A stretch of 13,792 bases of DNA, taken from assembly GCA_027491415.1 (NCBI GenBank), contig JAOZFH010000015.1:1-13792 (forward strand), written 5' to 3'. Under the pieces are notes generated by a model that saw nothing but the letters and a program-made list of their open reading frames with translations, did not search any database and had not been told where the DNA came from. The position numbers and the translations under genes were made by a program. Below, piece by piece: positions 1 to 6,952 of the stretch. Each line of letters begins with the position of its first letter. Position 1 is the stretch's first letter. Source of the stretch: Thermoproteota archaeon (GTDB taxonomy: Archaea; Korarchaeota; Korarchaeia; Korarchaeales; Korarchaeaceae).

Positions 1-390
1 GTACTCGACCATCCTCCCCCTGTTCAGCGGGTCGGCCAGGACCGTCTCGTTCTGAGAGATCTCAGGCGGGCCCAGGAACTCGGTCTCGATGTGCTCCGGT
101 GAGGAGGCGAACATCAGGGCGGCGTACACCCGATTGACCTCCGCCTCCTGAAGCATCCTGAGCAGGACCTCCTGGTCTCCGAAGAGGCTCGTCCCGTTGA
201 GGGCGAACGGGTGCTCCCTGATGATCACGACGGCGGTTCCGTCGGCCCTCAGGCGAACCTCGAAGTTGAGGCCGATCCAGATGGGCTGGCCGGAGGTCGG
301 CCGAAGACCCGCCAGCGACAGCGCGAGGACCGCTGTCGCGAGGAGGGCCGCGCCCCTCCGCGATTTCACTCCTCTGGCCTTCTTCGGCAT
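1..390 (-). CDS. Secreted/surface hypothetical protein, 3' end beyond the window edge
   Basis: Not in the ORF track. Hand translation from ATG 390 gives 130 open codons: MPKKARGVKSRRGAALLATAVLALSLAGLRPTSGQPIWIGLNFEVRLRADGTAVVIIREHPF...GRMVEY. Basic N-region followed by a hydrophobic signal-like stretch. The ATG directly follows the TGA of the upstream gene (GGGGTGGTGA-ATG). Confidence 0.85.
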   Translation of the reverse strand, partial: MPKKARGVKSRRGAALLATAVLALSLAGLRPTSGQPIWIGLNFEVRLRADGTAVVIIREHPFALNGTSLFGDQEVLLRMLQEAEVNRVYAALMFASSPEHIETEFLGPPEISQNETVLADPLNRGRMVEY

Positions 391-1434
391 TCACCACCCC
401 TCCGAGATCGTTACCTCCAGGTAGAGCGGCTCGCTGCCGAAGCTGGTCCTGCAGAACGCCCCGAGGAAGTCCGATCCCATGAACTTCCTGGCCTCTATCC
501 CGTAGACGACGTGCCTCCACGAGTAGTCCCCAACCTTGGGCGCGCCTCCCTCCAGCATCTCGACATCCACCCAGCCCAGCGGCTCGATGTAGACCTGGGG
601 CCACACGTGGCCGGTCCACTCCCTGTAGTCGTGAGACGTGAGGTTCGCCCAGTAGGTCGCTGAGGGCCTGAGCCTCATTATGCCGTAGGACGTCCTCGAC
701 GGAATGCCCAGGATCCTGGCGAGGGTCACGAACACGTCCGCAACCTCGGTGCAGTCGCCGTACACGTAGAGACCCGTCCTCCCCTGCCTCACGGCGCCGT
801 CGGATCCGAGTCTGTCGAACCTGACATTGTAGTCTAGGTGACCCGACACCCAGTGGGCCAGGCTCTTCACTATCAGGTAGGGGTCGTCGCCGGATCCGGC
901 GACGTCGAAAGCCAGCCGCCTCAGCGTCTCGTTGTAGGTGTCCCAGAAAGTCGTCCTCCCGGTGTAGAGGCTGGTCACGTTCAGTGGGGGCCACTGCCGC
1001 CTGGACGCCACCCAGCTTACTACGTAAGGCCTGAGCACGACCTTCACCGTCACGTTCACCCAGGTCCTCTCCCCGGGCCCGAGCCCCATCTCAATCACGA
1101 GGTAGGGGTTCCCCTCGTCGTCGATCTGGACCGTTGTCCCGGGCGGCGCGTCCGCCAGGTAAGCCTCTTGGTGAGAGCCGTTGATGGGTATCGACATGTA
1201 CACGTACCCCGTGACGCTCTCGTTCAGCGGGTTCTCGATCAGGGCGGCCTGCCTGACCGTGACCTCTATCGGATCCCTCTCCCTGATTTTGTCCGCCTGG
1301 ACCTCCACCGGGGTTGGCGGGGCCTCCGTCGCGCCTGGCGTCGCTCTCGGGACCTGCCGCTGAGGCCCCACAGGGGAGAGGGCCACGGCCAGGGCCACCA
1401 TCGCCAGCCCCAACATGGTGAGCCTGACGTCCAA
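391..1434 (-). CDS. Transglutaminase-like domain protein, secreted or N-terminally anchored
   Basis: Transglut_core motifs GDCTEVADVFVTLARILGIPSR (Cys, 751-753), GHVWPQVY (His, 607-609) and GWVDVE. Hydrophobic N-terminus MLGLAMVALAVALS. Start uncertain: TTG 1434 or ATG 1416 fit the TATA-like AAACTTATT at 1474-1466 better than the track's 1467. Confidence 0.9.
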   Translation of the reverse strand: MDVRLTMLGLAMVALAVALSPVGPQRQVPRATPGATEAPPTPVEVQADKIRERDPIEVTVRQAALIENPLNESVTGYVYMSIPINGSHQEAYLADAPPGTTVQIDDEGNPYLVIEMGLGPGERTWVNVTVKVVLRPYVVSWVASRRQWPPLNVTSLYTGRTTFWDTYNETLRRLAFDVAGSGDDPYLIVKSLAHWVSGHLDYNVRFDRLGSDGAVRQGRTGLYVYGDCTEVADVFVTLARILGIPSRTSYGIMRLRPSATYWANLTSHDYREWTGHVWPQVYIEPLGWVDVEMLEGGAPKVGDYSWRHVVYGIEARKFMGSDFLGAFCRTSFGSEPLYLEVTISEGW

Positions 1435-1465
1435 GTTCGATCTCGACTGTCCGCCCCAGGCGGGC

Positions 1466-1507
1466 AATAAGTTTGAGCCGTCCCTCGTCGGCGCAACCGC
1501 CTTAACC
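1466..1507. promoter_or_regulatory. Divergent promoter region (transglutaminase-like gene / marC)
   Basis: TATA-like AAACTTATT on - (1474-1466) and CCTTAACC on + (1500-1507, about 25 nt before ATG 1530, suggesting a leaderless transcript). Confidence 0.45.
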
Positions 1508-1529
1508 GGCGCGCCGGGGGGACGACTGG

Positions 1530-2168
1530 ATGGACCCGCTCGAGCTGGCGAGGTTGGTGGGGATCTCCTCCGTTCAGATATTCGCCATACTGAACCCTCC
1601 GAGCGTCATACCGACGATGTTGAGCCTCACCGAGGGGCTGAGCCTGTCCGAGAGGAGGGCCATAGTGAAGACAGCCTCGGTGACGATCTTCGCCCTCATG
1701 GCGTCCTTCGCCCTCGTTGGGAGGGAGTTCCTTACCTTCATGGGCCTCAGCGTCTCTGGACTCAGGCTGGGCGGCGGGGTGCTGCTCATGGTGCTCTCGG
1801 TGGACATGCTGAAGGGCGTACCCAGGACCAGGGAGGTGGAGAAGGAGGAGCTTGCTGTGGTTCCGCTGGCCACCCCCCTCCTGGTCGGCCCCGGCACCAT
1901 AACGACCGTGCTCGTCCTCTCGGCCACCTTGCCCTCCGAGGTGGGCGGGCGCGTCGAGGGGACCGCGGTACTCCTGGCGGCGATAGCCCTGGTCGTTGGG
2001 GTCACCTACCTCCTACTCAAGCACTCGCTCCAGCTGGTGAGGGTCCTCGGCGTCAACGGGACCAGGGCCCTAGGGAGGTTCATGGCCATAATCATAGCGG
2101 GCGTGGCGGCGGAGATGGTGCACTCCGCCGTGGTCGACTGGGTGGGGGAGATCCTGGCGTCGGGGTGA
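1530..2168 (+). CDS. marC: MarC family (UPF0056) integral membrane protein
   Basis: 212 aa with about 6 hydrophobic segments; signatures FAILNP, LRLGGGVLL, LAVVPLATPLLVGPGTITTV, and GTRALGRFMAIIIAGVAAEM. Confidence 0.95.
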   Translation: MDPLELARLVGISSVQIFAILNPPSVIPTMLSLTEGLSLSERRAIVKTASVTIFALMASFALVGREFLTFMGLSVSGLRLGGGVLLMVLSVDMLKGVPRTREVEKEELAVVPLATPLLVGPGTITTVLVLSATLPSEVGGRVEGTAVLLAAIALVVGVTYLLLKHSLQLVRVLGVNGTRALGRFMAIIIAGVAAEMVHSAVVDWVGEILASG

Positions 2169-2173
2169 GCGGG

Positions 2174-2587
2174 TCAGGCCCGGACGATCCGGACCTCCCT
2201 CAGGCGCCCGCTGGCCAGCTGGTAGGCCCTGATCTCGCCGGTCGTCGAGGACACTATGATCCACACGACCGGGTTGACCTCCATGAACCTGAGGTCCTCC
2301 TCGGAGGGACGGGCGGGGGCCGGATGAGAGTGGATCACGCCGACCAGCTCCTCCCCCCGCTCGTCCGCCTCCTGAAGCTGCCTGAGGAGGAATGCCGGGT
2401 CGACGATGAAGCGGGTCGGCGACTCCTCGACGTTCTTCGCCACGACCCCCCTAGTCACCTTGGCCTCTCTGTCGGCGAACCTGCCGAAGAGGAGCGCCGC
2501 CTTCTCCACAGAGGCGCTCGTCAGCTCCCGGATTAGCCCGTCGAGAAGCTCGGCCGGGATCACTACCTCGGAGACCTCCAGCGGCAA
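2174..2587 (-). CDS. JAMM/MPN+ (Mov34, M67 family) metalloprotease, desampylase-like
   Basis: Complete JAMM motif E...HSHP...PSEED, plus KNVEESPTRFIVDP. Start set at TTG 2587 after the SD GGGAGG; the track's extension to 2641 crosses the AT-rich promoter. Confidence 0.92.
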   Translation of the reverse strand: MPLEVSEVVIPAELLDGLIRELTSASVEKAALLFGRFADREAKVTRGVVAKNVEESPTRFIVDPAFLLRQLQEADERGEELVGVIHSHPAPARPSEEDLRFMEVNPVVWIIVSSTTGEIRAYQLASGRLREVRIVRA

Positions 2588-2612
2588 TCCTGCCTCCCCC
2601 CGCCTCTCCGGA

Positions 2613-2628
2613 CTAAAACGATTAAAGC
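2613..2628. promoter_or_regulatory. AT-rich divergent promoter element between the JAMM and YbjN-like genes
   Basis: ACTAAAACGATTAAAG reads CTTTAAT on - (about 35 nt before TTG 2587) and ATTAAAG on +. Confidence 0.4.
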
Positions 2629-2669
2629 TCAGGCTTCTCAACTCTTCTAGGCGCAGTGGTGGTTGCTAC

Positions 2670-3065
2670 ATGGGTTCGCTGGTCGATCACGTGCGATCCT
2701 GCCTCGAGCAGTCCGAGCTGAAGTTCGTCGAACCGGAGGAGGGCACGTTTCTCGTGGTTTTCGGGCTCGACGAGTACGCGGTTAGGGTGTTCCTGGTCAT
2801 AGACGAGGATAGGAGCCGCGTCGAAATATATGCCAATACCGACCCCCCGACTCCCGTCTCAGGCTTTGAGAGGTGGCTGCTGGAGCAGAACCCAGGGCTC
2901 AGCCACGTGAAGTACGGCTGCGACCCCGCAGGCGACCTGTTGATCTCTGGGGAGGTCTGGGGGGACTCGATAAACCCGGACAGGCTCAGCTCGCTCATAA
3001 TATTCTCGGCTACACTCGCGAGGGACTTCAGGGAGCGCTCACACGCCGAATCGAAGTCCTCCTGA
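2670..3065 (+). CDS. YbjN-like / type III secretion chaperone-fold protein
   Basis: 131 aa, acidic, from ATG 2670 after GGTGGT. Pattern of N-terminal helix, three strands, RWLLEQN, VKYGCDPAGDLLISGE and a C-terminal helix matches the YbjN-type 'LLxxN...KFxxDxxGD' pattern. The track's extension from 2406 overlaps the JAMM gene. Confidence 0.7.
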   Translation: MGSLVDHVRSCLEQSELKFVEPEEGTFLVVFGLDEYAVRVFLVIDEDRSRVEIYANTDPPTPVSGFERWLLEQNPGLSHVKYGCDPAGDLLISGEVWGDSINPDRLSSLIIFSATLARDFRERSHAESKSS

Positions 3066-3114
3066 GCCGGCCGCGGCGGGTCACCTGCGTTCCCCCCTCA
3101 GGAGGCGGGCCTCG

Positions 3115-3918
3115 ATGAGGGTCAGGAAGTGGGACGGGAGGCTGGAGAAGTTCGACCCGTCCAAGCTGAGGAAGACCCTGATGCGGGCCGGGGCCGACCG
3201 AGAACTCGCGGACGAGGTTGTTCGCAGGGTCGCCTCCAAGGCTTACGATGGCATCACGACGCGAGAGCTGCTCGAGATGGCGTTAGAGGCCCTAAGGTCC
3301 CTGGAGAGGCACGACGCGGCTGCCAGGTACGACCTCAAGAGGGCCATCATGAGACTGGGGCCGACGGGATACCCCTTCGAGCGGTACGTGGCTAGGGTCC
3401 TCGAGGCTCACGGCTACAGGGTTCTGCACGTGGGCCACGTCTTCAGGGGCAAGTGCGTAGATCAGGAGGTGGACGTCGCTCTCGAGGTCGATGGCATGAG
3501 GGTGATGGTAGAGTGCAAGTTTCACAACTCTCGGGGGATCTACACGGACCTCAAGCCCGCGATGTACACGTACGCCAGGTTCCTAGACCTGGAAAGGTAC
3601 TTCGACGAGCCCTGGCTGATCACCAACACGCGGATCACGGAGGCGGCACGCAGGTACGCGCAGTGCGTCGGGCTGAAGGTCACGTGGTGGGATGGACCGC
3701 CTGGGGCCAGCCTGAGGGAACTAATAGACCTCAAGGGACTCTACCCGGTCACCGCCCTGCAGGGCCCCGAGGGCGCAATCCGAACGCTCGTTCAGGCCGG
3801 GATAGTTACGGTAGACGAACTGTCGAGGGCGAGTGAGCGGGAACTCGAGCGACTGGGCCTGCCGTCGGAGACCGCCAAGGGGCTCCTGGAGGTGGCCAGG
3901 CGGATCTCCCGAGGATGA
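3115..3918 (+). CDS. ATP-cone domain + Mrr-like PD-(D/E)xK endonuclease + C-terminal HhH-like module
   Basis: ATP-cone start VRKWDGRLEKFDPSKL...GITTREL; nuclease motifs GYPFERYVARVLEAHGY, EVDV, MVECK and WLITN; C-terminal LVQAGIVTVDELSRASERELERLGL. SD GGAGG upstream. Confidence 0.9.
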   Translation: MRVRKWDGRLEKFDPSKLRKTLMRAGADRELADEVVRRVASKAYDGITTRELLEMALEALRSLERHDAAARYDLKRAIMRLGPTGYPFERYVARVLEAHGYRVLHVGHVFRGKCVDQEVDVALEVDGMRVMVECKFHNSRGIYTDLKPAMYTYARFLDLERYFDEPWLITNTRITEAARRYAQCVGLKVTWWDGPPGASLRELIDLKGLYPVTALQGPEGAIRTLVQAGIVTVDELSRASERELERLGLPSETAKGLLEVARRISRG

Positions 3919-3959
3919 GGGGTGACGGCTTTATACGCCCCCCGCCGGGGATGCGCGGG

Positions 3960-5222
3960 ATGCGGACTTCCCTCGCGGCGGCGGCCGTCGTCTTGATAGC
4001 CGTCGCCGCCATCGCGGCATTCCTCCTGTGGCCCCGACGGGGCGGCATCGGAGCGGCCTCAGCACCCCCCTTCGACATGAGCGAGATACTCCGAAACGAG
4101 ACGCTGCGGATCGTGGTCGGCACAAGCGAGCCCTACCTCTACCAGGACATGGGGTTCACCATAACGGTCCTCCGATTCAACAGCGTGCGGTGGGGCGGGC
4201 TCGTGTGGACCCACCGCGCCGTCCTGGTCGAGCCCATGGGGGCCAGCTCCGACGCGGCGGCCATAGTGGTGGCCGAGCCCGACGAGGCCAACGAAAAGTT
4301 CCTGGAGATGTTCGGCCTGAGGGCCGCCGCCGAGTCCGGAGTACCGGTTCTGCTCCTCTACGACCTCCCGCCCGGGCTCACCCCGGAAGGAAAGTTCTCG
4401 GCGGTCCTTCAGTCGATCCAGAGCCTCGGCCCGTCGGGATCCGACGAGGACTTCCTGCTCCACGCGATGGCCGCTGCCATAATGCGGGCGGCCACGCTGG
4501 TGAACACAGTCAGCCCGGCCCACCCCACGAGGTTCGTGGTCTCGGGCAGGGGGATCTCTGGCTGGGCCGCGGCCGTGGCGGCGGCTGCCGACCCGAGGAT
4601 AGTGGCGGTCCAGCTCAGGGACCCGGTGGCCTGGGACCTCCAGTCCGGCGGGGGCTGCTCGCCCGAGGTCTTGGAGGCGGTCAGGTCGATCTCCGATGAG
4701 ACGCAGGAGAAGATCATGAGGTTCTACAACCCCGTCGGCCTGCTCGACGCCGCCAATCTCCCGGTGATGGTCTCCGTGGACGCCTTCAGCGCCTGCGAGG
4801 TCGAGGGGGCGCTCAGGAGCGCGAGGGCCACCACGATATCCATAGTCCCTGGAGAGATAGAGGGACTTGAGAACGCGACGCTCGCCCAGGCCAGCGCGGC
4901 CTGGAGGGCGTTCCTCAAGCACGTCATCGTCGGGAGCCCCCTCCCGGAGATAGGGGAACTCTCGGTGAACCGCGAGGGCGACGTCTACAGGGTCTCAGTC
5001 CGGGTGTCCGGCAACGGCGCGGTGGTGAGGAACGTCAACCTCTGGTACGCCTCCGCCGAGGGGGTCTGGAAGTCCGCCAGGATGGAGACCGAGGACGGCG
5101 AGACCTTCACGTGCGAGGTCCCCGTGGACGACGGAGGGGAGTCCATGTTCGCCAGCGTCTGGTTCACGACCGGAGGATCCGACGGCCTGCTGAGTTCCCC
5201 ACCAGTCTGCGGGTCCCCCTAG
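3960..5222 (+). CDS. Membrane-anchored PqaA-like (PhoPQ-activated protein family) alpha/beta-hydrolase-fold protein, probably catalytically degenerate
   Basis: N-terminal TM helix; WGGLVWTHRAVLVEP, LLHAMAAAIMRAA and FVVSGRGISGWAAAVAAAADPRIVAV recall PqaA motifs; beta-rich C-terminus (VNLWYA...WKS). CTTTATA at about 3930-3936 favours ATG 3960 (or 3951) over 3915. Confidence 0.65.
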   Translation: MRTSLAAAAVVLIAVAAIAAFLLWPRRGGIGAASAPPFDMSEILRNETLRIVVGTSEPYLYQDMGFTITVLRFNSVRWGGLVWTHRAVLVEPMGASSDAAAIVVAEPDEANEKFLEMFGLRAAAESGVPVLLLYDLPPGLTPEGKFSAVLQSIQSLGPSGSDEDFLLHAMAAAIMRAATLVNTVSPAHPTRFVVSGRGISGWAAAVAAAADPRIVAVQLRDPVAWDLQSGGGCSPEVLEAVRSISDETQEKIMRFYNPVGLLDAANLPVMVSVDAFSACEVEGALRSARATTISIVPGEIEGLENATLAQASAAWRAFLKHVIVGSPLPEIGELSVNREGDVYRVSVRVSGNGAVVRNVNLWYASAEGVWKSARMETEDGETFTCEVPVDDGGESMFASVWFTTGGSDGLLSSPPVCGSP

Positions 5223-5247
5223 CCCCAGGACTGCTGGAGGTGCCCCT

Positions 5248-6942
5248 ATGTCCCCGCTAATCGGGCGCCGCGGGAGATCGTCTAGGAGGAGGGGGACGAA
5301 GGCGTGGGAGCGGTACATGATCATCAAGAGGGCCGCCTCTTACTACGGACGGACGGTGGACGATGAGAAGGCGTGGAGCTCCGCCAGATCCATCACCGCC
5401 GAGGAGCTCAGGGAGTTCCTCCGAGACCTGGGCCCTGGACCTGACTTCAGGTTCAGCGGAAGGTTCTACACGGTTAGGGGCTCCGAGCTGGTGGAGGGTA
5501 GTTCGTGGGACGAGATTCGGGAGGCAGTGGAGGAGACCGCGGGGGTCTGGGGTGAATCGGCCGTCGAGGCCCTGGAGATCCTCATGGGCGCCGACGACGG
5601 CCTCACGGAGAGGGAGTTCTCAGCCAAGCTGAAGGTGAGGGGTATCCCCTACTCGAAGGAGTTCGTGAAGTGGCTTCTAGACCTAGGCCTCGCCGCCAGA
5701 ATGCCGGATGGCAGGATCTGCAAGCTGGAGGAAGCCAAGAAGCCCATCGAGGACGCCATTGAGGAGCTGAATTCTAGGTACAGGCGCATGGACCCGGCGG
5801 CCAGGTCGGAGATGCCTGAGATCATGAGGATGGAGGCCGAGTTCCAGGCCGCGCTCAGGGAGGCCATGGAGAAGAGGTTCGATGAGGTCGTGGAGTTCGG
5901 GAGGGGCTTCTCCTCCACGACCCTCGCCGACCGCCTCAGGTCCGCGTTCGGCGACCTCCTCTACTACGACATCCTGCTGGCCGTGGCCCAGCAGTACTCC
6001 ATTGCCGACGCGCCGGTCGTCTCCGCCGCGACCGGCACGGTAACCATGAGGACCGGCTTCAACCTGGCGCTCTTCGGGGAGCCCGGCACCGGGAAGAGCT
6101 TCTCGATCGCCACGATGATCCTGGGAGACGAGCGGAGGGCGATACCCCCCCACGGCCTCCCAGGGAGGAACAGGTACTGCGGGGGCATGACCCCGGCCAA
6201 GTTCATAAGGCTCGGCCAGGCCTACGAGGGCCTCAAGTACAACTTCATCGTCCCCGAGTTCAACGACTGGTTTCGCTATCGCGGGATGGTCGAAGCCCTG
6301 AAGCTGGCCATGGAGCACGGGACCATAAGGTACGAGACCGCCCGCAGGACCATAGGACCCTATAGATTCACATGCTTCCTCAGCGTGGCGTACAACACCA
6401 GGGTCGGCCTCAGGGGGTACGAGGTTACGGTCTCCGACCCCAACTTCAACGCCATCGAGGAGAGGATGCTCTGCAGGCTCCACCGCATGACCAAGGAGAG
6501 GTACGTTGAGATAGCTAGGAAGCAGATGGAGATGGCCCTCGGGAGGGTGAGGCTGGAGGGCTCCGAGACGCTCAGGGCTCATCTCACGCTGGTCCACGCG
6601 GCCGAGACGGGCCACCCGCTCGTGAGGGGCATGCTGGCCGAGAGGCCGGTCGTGGTGGACGAGGGAATCTACCAAGCCGTCTCCAGGGCTAGGGACGCCG
6701 TCTTATCCGAGATTCCAGGAGACAGGCCCGGGTTCTCTCCGAGGCTCGAGATAAGGGCGATACAGCTAGCATCGGCGCTGGCGCTCATGAGGTACTTCGC
6801 CGAGGACTCGGAGGACCCCATAAAGATTGACGACGGCTCCCTTAAGCTAGCGATCAGGTTCTACGTGGAGGAGGCCGCCGTGAGGTCCAGGGAGATGTTC
6901 GACCCCGCGCAGGTGCTCTCAAAGCTCGCGGTCGACATCTGA
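5248..6942 (+). CDS. Divergent MCM-like AAA+ ATPase with helical/wHTH-like N-terminal region
   Basis: SD GGAGGTG. Walker A NLALFGEPGTGKS (6076-6099), Walker B-position FIVPEFND (from 6244), LKLAMEHGTI (cf. MCM EAMEQQTI), sensor-1 AYN, Arg-finger AIEERM, sensor-2 SPRLEIRAIQLASALA. Confidence 0.75.
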   Translation: MSPLIGRRGRSSRRRGTKAWERYMIIKRAASYYGRTVDDEKAWSSARSITAEELREFLRDLGPGPDFRFSGRFYTVRGSELVEGSSWDEIREAVEETAGVWGESAVEALEILMGADDGLTEREFSAKLKVRGIPYSKEFVKWLLDLGLAARMPDGRICKLEEAKKPIEDAIEELNSRYRRMDPAARSEMPEIMRMEAEFQAALREAMEKRFDEVVEFGRGFSSTTLADRLRSAFGDLLYYDILLAVAQQYSIADAPVVSAATGTVTMRTGFNLALFGEPGTGKSFSIATMILGDERRAIPPHGLPGRNRYCGGMTPAKFIRLGQAYEGLKYNFIVPEFNDWFRYRGMVEALKLAMEHGTIRYETARRTIGPYRFTCFLSVAYNTRVGLRGYEVTVSDPNFNAIEERMLCRLHRMTKERYVEIARKQMEMALGRVRLEGSETLRAHLTLVHAAETGHPLVRGMLAERPVVVDEGIYQAVSRARDAVLSEIPGDRPGFSPRLEIRAIQLASALALMRYFAEDSEDPIKIDDGSLKLAIRFYVEEAAVRSREMFDPAQVLSKLAVDI

Positions 6943-6952
6943 CCACTCGAAC

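Noticed and set aside
62-994. 310-aa minus-strand ORF and other long overlapping ORFs (1415-2536 +, 4059-4922 -, 5683-6675 -, 8931-9695 +, 11821-12462 +)
   Set aside because: Shadow frames of well-supported genes in high-GC DNA; R/G/P-rich or otherwise motif-free.
2406-2669. N-terminal extension of the YbjN-like ORF
   Set aside because: Antisense to the JAMM gene; ATG 2670 has an SD-like site and an upstream AT-rich element.
5248-6942. Calling this the replicative mcm gene
   Set aside because: No N-terminal Zn-finger/OB region, and the IDEFDKM and SRFD motifs are altered.
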